From positions 296,174,001 through 296,238,000 of the forward strand of contig OZ024741.1 of the NCBI GenBank assembly GCA_964016885.1: a DNA stretch of 64,000 bases, given 5' to 3'. This document shows positions 49,902 to 63,708 of this stretch, in pieces. Source of the stretch: Eledone cirrhosa. Lineage: Eukaryota. Both the position numbers and the translations under genes were made by a program. Under the pieces are notes generated by a model, which was given only the letters and a program-made list of their open reading frames with translations, did no database searches and had not been told where the DNA came from. How positions within the stretch are numbered: position 1 is the first letter of the stretch; each line of letters opens with the position of its first letter.

Positions 49902-50444
49902 AAAGAGAAAGTAGTGTTATTCGTGGTAGTGGTGGCTGTGATTGTGGTAGTGTTGGTTGCGATGGTTGTGGTAGTTGCGGTTGTGGGGTGGGGGTTGTGG
50001 TAGTGATGGTTTTGGTGGTAGGGGTCGTGGTGGTTGTGGTAGTGGTTATTATGGTAGTGGTGATTGTGGTAGTGGTGGTGGTGGTTGCGGTAGTGATGGT
50101 TGTGGTAGTGATGGTAGTGGTGGTAGTGGTGGTTGTGGTAGTGATGGTTTTGGTGGTAGTGGTCTGGTGATTGTGGTAGTGGTGGTTGTGGTGGTTGTAG
50201 TGGTTTTGTTAGTGGTGGTGGTGGTTGTGGCAATGATGGTTGGTGATTGTTGGTGATTGTGGTAGTGGTGATGGTAGTAGTGGTTGTGGTAGTTGTGGTA
50301 GTGGTGATGGTAGTAGTGGTTGTGGTAGTTGTGGTAGTGGTGGATGTGATCGTGGTAGTGTTGGTTGTGGTGGTTGTGGTAGTGGTGATCGTGATAGTGG
50401 TGATTGTGGTAGTGATGATTGTGATAGTGATGATTGTGGAAGTT

Positions 50445-53400
50445 GAGGTAGTGGTAGTAGTGGTTGTGACAGTGGTGGCTGAGGTGGTGGTAGTAGTGGT
50501 TGTGACAGTGGTGGTTGTGGTAGTGGTAGTAGTGGTTGTGACAGTGGTGGTTGAGGTGGTGGTAGTAGTGGTTGTGACAGTGGTGGCTGAGGTGGTGGTA
50601 GTAGTGGTTGTGACAGTGGTGGTTGAGGTGGTGGTAGTAGTGGTTGTGACAGTGGTGGATGTGGAAGTGGTAGTAGTGGTTGTAACAGTGGTGGTTGTGG
50701 TGGTGGTAGTAGTGGTTATGACAGTGGTGGTTGTGGTAGTGGTAGTAGTGGTTGTGACAGTGGTGGTTGAGGTGGTGGTAGTAGTGGTTGTGACAGTGGT
50801 GGTTGTGGTAATGGTAGTAGTGGTTGTGACAGTGGTGGTTGTGGTAGTGGTAGTAGTGGTTGTGACAGTGGTGGTTGTGGTAATGGTAGTAGTGGTTGTG
50901 ACAGTGGTGGTTGAGGTGGTGGTAGTAGTGGTTGTGACAGTGGTGGTTGTGGTAATGGTAGTAGTGGTTGTGACAGTGGTGGTTGTGGTAGTGGTAGTAG
51001 TGGTTGAGACAGTGGTGGTTGTGGTAGTGGTAGTAGTGGTTGTGACAGTGGTGGTTGTGGTAATGGTAGTAGTGGTTGTGACAGTGGTGGTTGAGGTGGT
51101 GGTAGTAGTGGTTGTGACAGTGGTGGTTGTGGTAATGGTAGTAGTGGTTGTGACAGTGGTGGTTGAGGTGGTGGTAGTAGTGGTTGTGACAGTGGTGGTT
51201 GTGGTAATGGTAGTAGTGGTTGTGACAGTGGTGGTTGTGGTAGTGGTAGTAGTGGTTGAGACAGTGGTGGTTGTGGTAGTGGTAGTAGTGGTTGTGACAG
51301 TGGTGGTTGAGGTAGTGGTAGTAGTGGTTGTGACAGTGGTGGTTGTGGTAATGGTAGTAGTGGTTGTGACAGTGGTGGTAGTGGTAGTGGTAGTAGTGGT
51401 TGTGACAGTGGTGGTTGTGGTAATGGTAGTAGTGGTTGTGACAGTGGTGGTTGAGGTGGTGGTAGTAGTGGTTGTGACAGTGGTGGTTGAGGTAGTGGTA
51501 GTAGTGGTTGTGACAGTGGTGGTTGAGGTGGTGGTAGTAGTGGTTGTGACAGTGGTGGTTGTGGTAATGGTAGTAGTGGTTGTGACAGTGGTGGTTGAGG
51601 TGGTGGTAGTAGTGGTTGTGACAGTGGTGGTTGTGGTAATGGTAGTAGTGGTTGTGACAGTGGTGGTTGAGGTAGTGGTAGTAGTGGTTATGACAGTTGT
51701 GGTTGTGGTAGTGGTAGTAGTGGTTGTGACAGTGGTGGTTGAGGTGGTGGTAGTAGTGGTTGTGACAGTGGTGGTTGTGGTAGTGGTAGTAGTGGTTATG
51801 ACAGTTGTGGTTGTGGTAGTGGTAGTAGTGGTTGTGACAGTGGTGGTTGAGGTGGTGGTAGTAGTGGTTGTGACAGTGGTGGTTGAGGTAGTGGTAGTAG
51901 TGGTTATGACAGTTGTGGTTGTGGTAGTGGTAGTAGTGGTTGTGACAGTGGTGGTTGAGGTGGTGGTAGTAGTGGTTGTGACAGTGGTGGTTGTGGTAAT
52001 GGTAGTAGTGGTTGTGACAGTGGTGGTTGTGGTAGTGGTAGTAGTGGTTATGACAGTGGTGGTTGTTGTAGTGGTAGTAGTGGTTGTGACAGAGGTGGTT
52101 GAGGTGGTGGTAGTAGTGGTTGTGACAGTGGTGGTTGTGGTAGTGGTAGTAGTGGTTGTGACAGTGGTGGTTGAGGTGGTGGTAGTAGTGGTTGTGACAG
52201 TGGTGGTTGTGGTAGTGGTAGTAGTGGTTGTGACAGTGGTGGTTGAGGTGGTGGTAGTAGTGGTTGTGACAGTTGTGGTTGTGGTAGTGGTAGTAGTGGT
52301 TGTGACAGTGGTGGTTGAGGTGGTGGTAGTAGTGGTTGTGACAGTGGTGGTTGTGGTAATGGTAGTAGTGGTTGTGACAGTGGTGGTTGTGGTAGTGGTA
52401 GTAGTGGTTATGACAGTGGTGGTTGTTGTAGTGGTAGTAGTGGTTGTGACAGAGGTGGTTGAGGTGGTGGTAGTAGTGGTTGTGACAGTGGTGGTTGAGG
52501 TAGTGGTAGTAGTGGTTATGACAGTGGTGGTTGAGGTGGTGGTAGTAGTGGTTGTGACAGTGGTGGTAGTGGTGGTGGTAGTAGTGGTTGTGACAGTGGT
52601 GGTTGTGGTAATGGTAGTAGTGGTTGTGACAGTGGTGGTTGTTGTAGTGGTAGTAGTGGTTGTGACAGAGGTGGTTGAGGTGGTGGTAGTAGTGGTTGTG
52701 ACAGTGGTGGTTGTGGTAGTGGTAGTAGTGGTTGTGACAGTGGTGGTTGAGGTGGTGGTAGTAGTGGTTTTGACAGTTGTGGTTGTGGTAGTAGTGGTTG
52801 TGACAGTGGTGGTTGTGGTAGTGGTAGTAGTGGTTGTGACAGTGGTGGTTGTGGTAGTGGTAGTAGTGGTTGTGACAGTGGTGGTTGAGGTGGTGGTAGT
52901 AGTGGTTGTGACAGTGGTGGTTGTGGTAGTGGTAGTAGTGGTTGTGACAGTGGTGGTTGAGGTGGTGGTAGTAGTGGTTGTGACAGTGGTGGTTGTGGTA
53001 ATGGTAGTAGTGGTTGTGACAGTGGTGGTTGTTGTAGTGGTAGTAGTGGTTGTGACAGAGGTGGTTGAGGTGGTGGTAGTAGTGGTTGTGACAGTGGTGG
53101 TTGTGGTAGTGGTAGTAGTGGTTGTGACAGTGGTGGTTGAGGTAGTGGTAGTAGTGGTTGTGACAGTGGTGGTTGAGGTAGTGGTAGTAGTGGTTGTGAC
53201 AGTGGTGGTAGTGGTGGTGGTAGTAGTGGTTGTGACAGTGGTGGTTGAGGTAGTGGTAGTAGTGGTTGTGACAGTGGTGGTTGTGGTAGTGGTAGTAGTG
53301 GTTGTGACAGTGGTGGTTGAGGTAGTGGTAGTAGTGGTTGTGACGGGGCTGGTTGTGGGAGTGGTAGTGGTAGTTGTGACAGTGGTGGTTGAGGTAGTCG

Positions 53401-56400
53401 TAGTAGTGGTTGTGACAGTGGTGGTTGAGGTAGTGGTAGTAGTGGTTGTGACAGTGGTGGTTGAGGTAGTGGTAGTAGTGGTTGTGACAGTGGTGGTTGT
53501 GGTAGTGGTAGTAGTGGTTGTGACAGTGGTGGTTGTGGTAGTGGTAGTAGTGGTAGTGACAGTGGTGGTTGAGGTAGTGGTAGTAGTGGTTGTGACAGTG
53601 GTGGTTGTGGTAGTGGTAGTAGTGGTTGTGACAGTGGTGGTTGAGGTAGTGGTAGTAGTGGTTGTGACAGTGGTGGTTGAGGTAGTGGTAGTAGTGGTTG
53701 TGACTGTGGTGGTTGAGGTGGTGGTAGTAGTGGTTGTGACAGTGGTGGTTGAGGTAGTGGTAGTAGTGATTGTGACAGTGGTGGTTGTAGTAGTGGTAGT
53801 AGTGGTTGTGACAGTGGTGGTTGTGGTAGTGGTAGTAGTGGTTGTGACAGAGGTGGTAGTGGTAGTGGTAGTAGTGGTTGTGACAGTGGTGGTTGTGGTA
53901 GTGGTAGTAGTGGTTGTGACAGTGGTGGTTGTGGTAATGGTAGTAGTGGTTGTGACACTGGTGGTAGTGGTGGTGGTAGTAGTGGTTGTGACAGTGGTGG
54001 TAGTGGTAGTGGTAGTAGTGGTTGTGACAGTGGTGGTTGTGGTAGTGGTAGTAGTGGTTGTGACAGTGGTGGTTGTGGTAATGGTAGTAGTGGTTGTGAC
54101 AGTGGTGGTAGTGGTGGTGGTAGTAGTGGTTGTGACAGTGGTGGTAGTGGTAGTGGTAGTAGTGGTTGTGACAGTGGTGGTAGTGGTAGTGGTAGTAGTG
54201 GTTGTGACAGTGGTGGTTGTGGTAATGGTAGTAGTGGTTGTGACAGTGGTGGTAGTGGTGGTGGTAGTAGTGGTTGTGACAGTGGTGGTAGTGGTAGTGG
54301 TAGTAGTGGTTGTGACAGTGGTGGTAGTGGTGGTGGTAGTAGTGGTTGTGACAGTGGTGGTTGTGGTAATGGTAGTAGTGGTTGTGACAGTGGTGGTAGT
54401 GGTGGTGGTAGTAGTGGTTGTAACAGTGGTGGTTGTGGTAGTGGTAGTAGTGGTTGTGACAGTGGTGGTTGTGGTAGTGGTAGTGGTAGTAGTGGTTGTG
54501 ACAGTGGTGGTAGAGGTAGTGGTAGTAGTGGTTGTGACAGAGGTGGTAGTGGTGGTGGTAGTAGTGGTTGTAACAGTGGTGGTTGAGGTAGTGGTAGTAG
54601 TGGTTGTGACAGTGGTGGTTGTGGTAGTGGTAGTAGTGGTTGTGACAGTGGTGGTAGTGGCAGTGGTAGTAGTGGTTGTGACAGTGGTGGTAGTGGTAGT
54701 GGTAGTAGTGGTTGTGACAGTGGTGGTTGAGGAAGTGGTAGTAGTGGTTGTGACAGTTGTGGTTGTGGTAGTGGTAGTAGTGTTTGTGACAGTGGTGGTT
54801 GTGGTAGTGGTAGTAGTGGTTGTGACAGTGGTGGTTGAGGTAGTGGTATTAGTGGTTGTGACAGTGGTGGTTGTGGTAGTGGTAGTAGTGGTTGTGACAG
54901 TGGTGGTTGTGGTAGTGGTAGTAGTGGTTGTGACAGTGGTGGTTGAGGTAGTGGTATTAGTGGTTGTGACAGTGGTGGTTGTGGTAGTGGTAGTAGTGGT
55001 TGTGACAGTGGTGGTTGTGGTAGTGGTAGTAGTGGTTGTGACAGTGGTGGTTGTGGTAGTGGTAGTAGTGGTTGTGACAGTGGTGGTTGTGGTAATGGTA
55101 GTAGTGGTTGTGACAGTGGTGGTTGAGGTAGTGGTATTAGTGGTTGTGACAGTGGTGGTTGTGGTAGTGGTAGTAGTGGTTGTGACAGTGGTGGTTGTGG
55201 TAGTGGTAGTAGTGGTTGTGACAGTGGTGGTTGTGGTAGTGGTAGTAGTGGTTGTGACAGTGGTGGTTGTGGTAGTGGTAGTAGTGGTTGTGACAGTGGT
55301 GGTTGTGGTAATGGTAGTAGTGGTTGTGACAGTGGTGGTTGAGGTAGTGGTAGTAGTGGTTATGACAGTGGTGGTTGAGGTGGTGGTAGTAGTGGTTGTG
55401 ACAGTGGTGGTAGTGGTGGTGGTAGTAGTGGTTGTGACAGTGGTGGTTGAGGTAGTGGTAGTAGTGGTTGTGACAGTGGTGGTAGTGGTGGTGGTAGTAG
55501 TGGTTGTGACAGTGGTGGTTGTGGTGGTGGTAGTAGTGGTTGTGACAGTGGTGGTAGAGGTAGTGGTAGTAGTGGTTGTGACAGTGGTGGTAGAGGTAGT
55601 GGTAGTAGTGGTTGTGACAGTGGTGGTTGAGGTGGTGGTAGTAGTGGTTGTGACAGTGGTGGTAGTGGTGGTGGTAGTAGTGGTTGAGACAGTGGTGGTT
55701 GTGGTAATGGTAGTAGTGGTTGTGACAGTGGTGGTAGTGGTGGTGGTAGTAGTGGTTGTGACAGTGGTGGTTGAGGTGGTGGTAGTAGTGGTTGTGACAG
55801 TGGTGGTAGTGGTAGTGGTAGTAGTGGTTGTGACAGTGGTGGTAGTGGTAGTGGTAGTAGTGGTTGTGACAGTGGTGGTTGTGGTAATGGTAGTAGTGGT
55901 TGTGACAGTGGTGGTAGTGGTAGTGGTAGTAGTGGTTGTGACAGTGGTGGTAGTGGTAGTGGTAGTAGTGGTTGTGACAGTGGTGGTTGTGGTAATGGTA
56001 GTAGTGGTTGTGACAGTGGTGGTTGTGGTAGTGGTAGTAGTGGTTGTGACAGTGGTGGTAGTGGTAGTGGTAGTAGTGGTTGTGACAGTGGTGGTAGTGG
56101 TAGTGGTAGTAGTGGTTGTGACAGTGGTGGTAGTGGTAGTGGTAGTAGTGGTTGAGACAGTGGTGGTAGTGGTAGTGGTAGTAGTGGTTGTGACAGTGGT
56201 GGTTGTGGTAGTGGTAGTAGTGGTTGTGACAGTGGTGGTTGTGGTAGTGGTAGTAGTGGTAGTGGTAGTGGTAGTAGTGGTTGTGACAGTGGTGGTAGTG
56301 TTGGTGGTAGTAGTGGTTGTGACAGTGGTGGTTGTTGTAGTGGTGGTGGTAGTGGTTGTGACAGAGGCGGTTGTGGCAGTGGTAGTAGTGGTTGTGACAG

Positions 56401-57352
56401 TGGTGGTAGTGTTGGTGGTAGTAGTGGTTGTGACAGTGGTGGTTGTGGTAGTGGTAGTAGTGGTTGTGACAGAGGCGGTTGTGGCAGTGGTAGTAGTGGT
56501 TGTGACAGTGGTGGTAGTGTTGGTGGTAGTAGTGGTTGTGACAGTGGTAGTAGTGGTGGTGGTAGTAGTGGTTGTGACAGAGGTGGTAGTGGTAGTGGTA
56601 GTAGTGGTTGTGACAGTGGTGGTAGTGGTGGTGGTAGTAGTGGTTGTGACAGAGGTGGTAGTGGTGGTGGTAGTAGTGGTTGTGACAGAGGTGGTAGTGG
56701 TGGTGGTAGTAGTGGTTGTGACAGAGGTGGTAGTGGTGGTGGTAGTAGTGGTTGTGACAGAGGTGGTAGTGGTGGTGGTAGTAGTGGTTGTGACAGAGGT
56801 GGTAGTGGTGGTGGTAGTAGTGGTTGTGACAGAGGTGGTAGTGGTGGTGGTAGTAGTGGTTGTGACAGTGGTGGTTGTGGTGGTGGTAGTAGTGGTTGTG
56901 ACAGTGGTGGTAGTGGTGGTGGTAGTAGTGGTTGTGACAGAGGTGGTAGTGGTGGTGGTAGTAGTGGTTGTGACAGTGGTGGTTGTGGTGGTGGTAGTAG
57001 TGGTTTCGACAGTGGTGGTAGTGGTGGTGGTAGTAGTGGTTGTGACAGAGGTGGTAGTGGTGGTGGTAGTAGTGGTTGTGACAGTGGTGGTTGTGGTGGT
57101 GGTAGTAGTGGTTGTGACAGTGGTGGTAGTGGTGGTGGTAGTAGTGGTTGTGACAGTGGTGGTAGTGGTGGTGGTAGTAGTGGTTGTGACAGAGGTGGTA
57201 GTGGTGGTGGTAGTAGTGGTTGTGACAGTGGTGGTTGTGGTGGTGGTAGTAGTGGTTGTGACAGTGGTGGTAGTGGTGGTGGTAGTAGTGGTTGTGACAG
57301 AGGTGGTAGTGGTGGTGGTAGTAGTGGTTGTGACAGTGGTGGTTGTGACAGA
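50445..57352. repeat. 6.9 kb satellite with a 36-bp unit (gtgacagtggtggttgtggtagtggtagtagtggtt)
   Basis: About 190 units. The minus strand reads (VTTTTTTTTTTT)n and the plus strand (TVVVVVVVVVVV)n. Confidence 0.97.
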
Positions 57353-57469
57353 GGCGGTGGGATGAGAAGAGTTACTCTCAGTTACAGGAACCATCAGAGA
57401 TTTCCATTCACGTGTTTTCGGACGTTTCATGTTTGTCTGTCTGACTGTCTGTCTGTTTCTTGATCTAAT

Positions 57470-57609
57470 TATCTCCCACTCACTCTATCTCTCTCTCACT
57501 CTCTCTCTCCTCCTCTCTCTCTCACCCTCTCTCACTCTCCTCCTCTCTCCCACTCTCTCTCCTCCGCTCTCTCACTCACTCCCCTCCTCTCTCCCACTCT
57601 CTCTCTCAT

Positions 57610-57658
<49 letters not shown>

Positions 57659-57790
57659 ACTCTCTCTTTCTCACTTCACTCTCTCTCTCTCGCCCACTCT
57701 CTCTTTCTCACTCTCTCCTCCCTCCTCTCTCTCACCCGCGCTCTCTCATTCACTCTCTATCTCCCCCCCTCTCTCTCTCTCTCTTACCCT

Positions 57791-57825
<35 letters not shown>

Positions 57826-58348
57826 CTTTTCCTTCTCTGTTTTGTATCTTACCATCTCACACATGTTTATCTGTTCTCCCAGCCACCTCCCTCTCTCATT
57901 CATACTTTCTCTCTCTTTCACTCCCTCTCTCATTCATACTTCCTCTCTTTCCCCCCTCTCTATCTCTCTCCATTTCTCTCTCTTTCTTTGTATATATGTT
58001 TTGTCTGTTTGTCTGTCTCACTCTATATTTGTTTAGTGGTCTCTCTCTTCTATATATATTTATGTTTGTGTTTTTGCGTCTGTGTGTGTGTGTGTGTATG
58101 TGTGTTTGTGTGCGTAGGTGTGTGTATGTGTGTATATGTGTGTGTATATGAGTGTGTTTGTGAGTGTGTGTATATATGTATGTGTATGTGTGTGTATGTG
58201 TATGTCTTTGTATATGTATGTGTATGTGTATGTGTATGTCTTTGTATATGTATGTGTATGTGTGTATATGTGTATGTGTTTGTATATGTATGTGTATGTG
58301 TGTGTACGTGTATGCGTTTGTGTGTGTATGTGTATATGTAGGTGTGTG
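57470..58348. repeat. (CT)n-rich then (GT/GTAT)n low-complexity tract
   Basis: Direct reading. Confidence 0.9.
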
Positions 58349-58683
58349 TAACTTTCCATCTATATTAACTATTATGTTTACTAAAGACAAACACTCGTAA
58401 CTAAACTTACAATTCTATATACATTAACGCCTGCTAATGTTTCTATTAATTGATTATAATTAGTAAATTAATTATTCATTCACGTTGCCAAAGATTATAC
58501 TGTTACACAGGTTTGTGTATAATAACAGCAACTATAAAATACTATTATTATAACAAGGAGTAATCGATCTCTGATAAAGCTGCAAAAAAAGGTGAAACCA
58601 GTCAGGTTGATTTTCGCCTTTTCGTAGCTACATCATGCAAGCGGGGACTTGGCTAGTTGGGACACGTCACATGACTCCCAAGG

Positions 58684-60619
58684 AGACACATGAGGCAGCT
58701 AAAGTGCTCTAATGACCACGGTCAGTTGCATTTATCAATACATCCCACGTATTGAGACACATGAGGCAGCCAAGGTGCTATAATGGCCACGATCAGTTGC
58801 ATCTATCAATATATCATTCCAACTTTTGTTGACGGGTTTCAGGTCTCTGTCGTCAAAATTGTCTGCCGCCAGTTCATCTTGGATCGTGTTATTCGCCTCT
58901 TTCCGTGGGGAAATACTAATCGGGTTCCGTATTGGTACCCCCGTAGAAAGAGGTGAAGAAGCCGTCCCAAGATGAACTGACGGCAGACAATTGAGAGAGA
59001 CTTGAAATCCGTCAACAAAAGTTGGAACGATGTATTGATAGATGCAACTGACCGTGGTCATTAGAGCACTTTAGCTGCCTCATACGTCACAATACGTGGA
59101 ATATATTGATAGATGCAACTGACCGTGGTCATTAGAGCACTTTAGCTGCCTCATACGTCACAATACGTGGGATATATTGATAGATGCAACTGACCGTGGT
59201 CATTAGAGCACTTTAGCTGCCTCATACGTCACAATACGTGGGATATATTGATAGATGCAACTGACCGTGGTCATTAGAGTACTTTAGCTGCCTCATACGT
59301 CACAATACGTGGGATATATTGATAGATGCAACTGACCGTGGTCATTAGAGTACTTTAGCTGCCTCATACGTCACAATACGTGTTGATATATTGATAGATG
59401 CAACTGACCGTGGTCATTAGAGTACTTTAGCTGCCTCATACGTCACAATACGTGTTGATATATTGATAGATGCAACTGACCGTGGTCATTAGAGCACTTT
59501 AGCTGCCTCATACGTCACAGTACGTGGGATATATTGATAGATGCAACTGACCGTGGTCATTAGAGTACTTTAGCTGCCTCATACGTCACAATACGTGTTG
59601 ATATATTGATAGATGCAACTGACCGTGGTCATTAGAGCACTTTAGCTGCCTCATACGTCACAATACGTGTTGATATATTGATAGATGCAACTGACCGTGG
59701 TCATTAGAGCACTTTAGCTGCCTCATACGTCACAATACGTGGGATATATTGATAGATGCAACTGACCGTGGTCATTAGAGCACTTTAGCTGCCTCATACG
59801 TCACAATACGTGGGATATATTAATAGATGCAACTGACCGTGGTCATTAGAGCACTTTAGCTGCCTCATACGTCACAATACGTGTTGATATATTGATAGAT
59901 GCAACTGACCGTGGTCATTAGAGTACTTTAGCTGCCTCATACGTTACAATACGTGGGATATATTAATAGATGCAACTGACCGTGGTCATTAGAGCACTTT
60001 AGCTGCCTCATACGTCACAATACGTGGGATATATTGATAGATGCAACTGACCGTGGTCATTAGAGTACTTTAGCTGCCTCATACGTCACAATACGTGGGA
60101 TATATTGATAGATGCAACTGACCGTGGTCATTAGAGCACCTTGGCTGCCTCATGTGTCTCAATACGTGGAATATATTAATAGATGCAACTGACCGTGGTC
60201 ATTAGAGCACTTTAGCTGCCTCATACGTCACAATACGTGGGATATATTGATAGATGCAACTGACCGTGGTCATTAGAGTACTTTAGCTGCCTCATACGTC
60301 ACAATACGTGGGATATATTGATAGATGCAACTGACCGTGGTCATTAGAGCACTTTAGCTGCCTCATACGTCACAATACGTGTTGATATATTGATAGATGC
60401 AACTGACCGTGGTCATTAGAGCACCTTGGCTGCCTCATGTGTCTCAATACGTGGAATATATTAATAGATGCAACTGACCGTGGTCATTAGAGCACTTTAG
60501 CTGCCTCATACGTTACAATACGTGGGATATATTAATAGATGCAACTGACCGTGGTCATTAGAGTACTTTAGCTGCCTCATACGTTACAATACGCTAGAGC
60601 TTCTAAGTCTAAGTCTAAG
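58684..60619 (+). mobile_element. RTE-type LINE 3' end with an inverted 5' segment, an amplified terminal 71-bp unit and a (TCTAAG)3 tail
   Basis: The plus strand reads RPKMN*RQTIERDLKSVNKSWNDVLIDATDRGH*STLAAS, similar to an RTE C-terminus. 58684-58883 is an inverted copy. The tail is at 60602-60619. Confidence 0.7.
59031..60593. repeat. 71-72 bp tandem repeat, about 22 copies
   Basis: gatgcaactgaccgtgg recurs at 59041, 59112, 59183, 59254 and onward. Confidence 0.95.
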
Positions 60620-60766
60620 GAAGTGGCTACATCATGAAAACACTTTATTTAACTACAATATTTTTTTGTGACAGAGAGGGTAAAATAAGTTTATTAAAAA
60701 AACCCATGTTAGTAAGTATATCGCACTCTAAATATGCCGTTTGAAAATAGCAGTAGAGCGTGAAAG

Positions 60767-60806
<40 letters not shown>

Positions 60807-60861
60807 ATAATATTAATAAATGGAAACTATCTTTATAAAACCATATTTATTTTATTATATA

Positions 60862-61784
60862 CTAGCAGCGGTACCCAGCGTTGCCTGGGTAGGTAAAATA
60901 ATATCTGCTTTGATGAAAATGTGTTGACCTTAGCGACTGCGAGTTTCTTGAAAATCGGTCGTAAGGTGTAGCAAATGGCGAAATGTTGAGTGAAATCGTA
61001 TGGAATATGTGGGAGGTGGAAAAAATCGTATTTTGAAGAGTTAAACGGCTGCCACGCCGTCCCTGAACAAAAAATGAAAAGTGTAAAGCTACTATAAGAT
61101 GTGAAATGATAGGTTTTATCATAGTATAAAAGTTGAACCAAATAAATTGATTTATGTGTGAGGGGGAGACGAAGTTTCGAATTTGAACGAAATCGGTTGA
61201 AAAATGTAGGAGCTAAAACCGAAAAGGCAGAAATTTGAGCGAAAAGATGGTGTTTTTGAACATTTAAGCGGCTGCTACGCCGTTCCTGAACAAAAAAAAT
61301 CCAAAATGTAAAGCCCCTTTAAGACGTGAAATAATCAGATCTAGCGTAGTGTAAAAGTTGAACAAAGTAGGTTGATTAATGTGGGAGCTAGAGCCGAAAA
61401 AATTGAAATTTGAATCTAAAAGTGGTATTTTTGAATATTTAAGCGGCTGCCACGCCGTCCCTGACCAACAAATGCAAAATATAAAGCCATTACAGGATGT
61501 ACAATGATAAATTCTATTTTGCTTTAAAATTTGAACGAAATCGGTGGCAAAATGTGGGAGCTAGAGCCAAAAATCTTATTTTTCGATACCTAAAAAAGGT
61601 GACCCCCCCTCCCCCTATCGATTTTTATCTGCAGAATGACCCCGGAATAAAAAAAAACGACACACTGATATATAGAAAACACTCCCCGATGACTAATCTA
61701 TGAACCTGTAAGATGTAGGCCCCTATAGGTAATACACAGACACACACACACACACACATATACTTAATTTTATATATATACAGA
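60862..61784 (-). mobile_element. Non-autonomous Helitron-like element
   Basis: The minus strand starts A|TCTGTATATATATAAAA and ends with the hairpin acccaggcaacgctgggt + CTAG|T. It has three internal subrepeats of about 175-225 bp. Removing it rejoins a recognisable HHR-family sequence. Confidence 0.85.
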
Positions 61785-61914
61785 TATTTCAAGGGTACCA
61801 ACATTTTTGGTACGCTAAATAGTTTCCATTACTCCAGAAGAGTGCTTCGAATCTGTTATAAATAAATTTGTTGAATAACCAACAAATTAAATAATTCTTT
61901 GCTTATATACATAC

Positions 61915-62060
<146 letters not shown>

Positions 62061-62572
62061 ACGCGTGCGCGTGCGCGATTTATTTTTAGATACCTTGAGC
62101 GGATATGTATTTATTGAAAATTTAGAAGCTTCAACGTATTTGTTTTTTACTGTGAAAAATAGTTTAACAAATTGGGCATAAAGGCTTCGAGACGAAAAAA
62201 AGTTGACAGCGACGGTGTGTGTGTGTGTGTGTGTGTTTGCCAAGCTCAACTTTGGATGACATATAAACGCATAAAGTTAGTAAATATCCAGAGCTGGATT
62301 AAGTCCTTTTGAAGCCTTAAGTACTTAAAAGATTAGGGTGCCCCCTTATATAAAGTCTGCAATTTTTTTTCCGTTTGAATAGCAAATAGCTTTAATTTCA
62401 ATAAAATGGTACCCCATTTCTTTGATGACTTAAACATGTGATTAAATTATTTAATGGTTCATCCTTCTTGATACCAAAGAGAAAAGGTTAACATTGGGAA
62501 AATTCATATATATAGAATTTATATATCCTGTGATATATAAACCCACCTGGGTTTATATATCAACCGTACATA

Positions 62573-62838
62573 CGGGGGTGGGCTGAAAAGTTCATAGGCT
62601 GACTAGGAAGTAATGAAATCTTGCAAAATTTCATCTCCTCTTATTGATAGCTGGATTGTTTTTTCTTCCAGGTAAACTGACATCTGACTGTCCAAATAAG
62701 ACTTCAACAATAACGAGTAGCGACTTCTCTTGAAAATGGCCAAGTTTTGCCATCGTGATGTTATCAAGTACTTCCAGAAAAAGGGTTAAGCCCCCAAGGA
62801 CATTCATGCTAATATGATTGCTATATTAGTGGATGAAC
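62573..62838 (+). mobile_element. Mariner 5' fragment (TIR + transposase N-terminus)
   Basis: TA|CGGGGGTGGGCTGAAAAGTTCATAGG is TIR-like. From 62736 it reads MAKFCHRDVIKYFQKKG*APKDIHANM, resembling a mariner HTH N-terminus. Confidence 0.7.
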
Positions 62839-63037
62839 CTTTCAGGTGAGCGTTGTACATATACGGGGACCAGCACCACTGATAAACCCCGAACTTTCTG
62901 CCACAATCATTGGATACTCATCGTCATGCAAGCATAGATACACGCCTACACCTACACCCATCAAGACCTGAGGCAGCTGTTAATAATGTTGGGTAGGAAC
63001 TGAGATATTGGAGTACACACACACTCACACACACACA

Positions 63038-63155
<118 letters not shown>

Positions 63156-63213
63156 ATATAGAAACGGCTTCTACAGGACCAGAACTGTTTCATTCGGGAG
63201 AAATCATCAGGAA

Positions 63214-63252
<39 letters not shown>

Positions 63253-63314
63253 ACATATATTTATCTATCCCGACACACACACACAGACATATTTATATAT
63301 ATATACTGTATATA

Positions 63315-63610
<296 letters not shown>

Positions 63611-63642
63611 ATAAATGGAAATTATATTTATAAAACCATATC

Positions 63643-63708
63643 TATTTCATTATATATATTTCGGGGATATCATATTAACAATATGCTATGCCTTCCTCAG
63701 ACAAAATA
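63643..63708 (-). ncRNA. Type I HHR motif in a PLE-like remnant
   Basis: Minus strand reads TATTTTGT-CTGAGGA-(imperfect stem II)-GAAA-TATATA-TA-ATGAAATA, with palindromic stem III ATATATAT and an AUA triplet. Confidence 0.65.

Noticed and set aside
50247-57365. 2372-aa poly-Val ORF
   Set aside because: It is the antisense reading of the ACN-rich satellite and is implausible as a protein.
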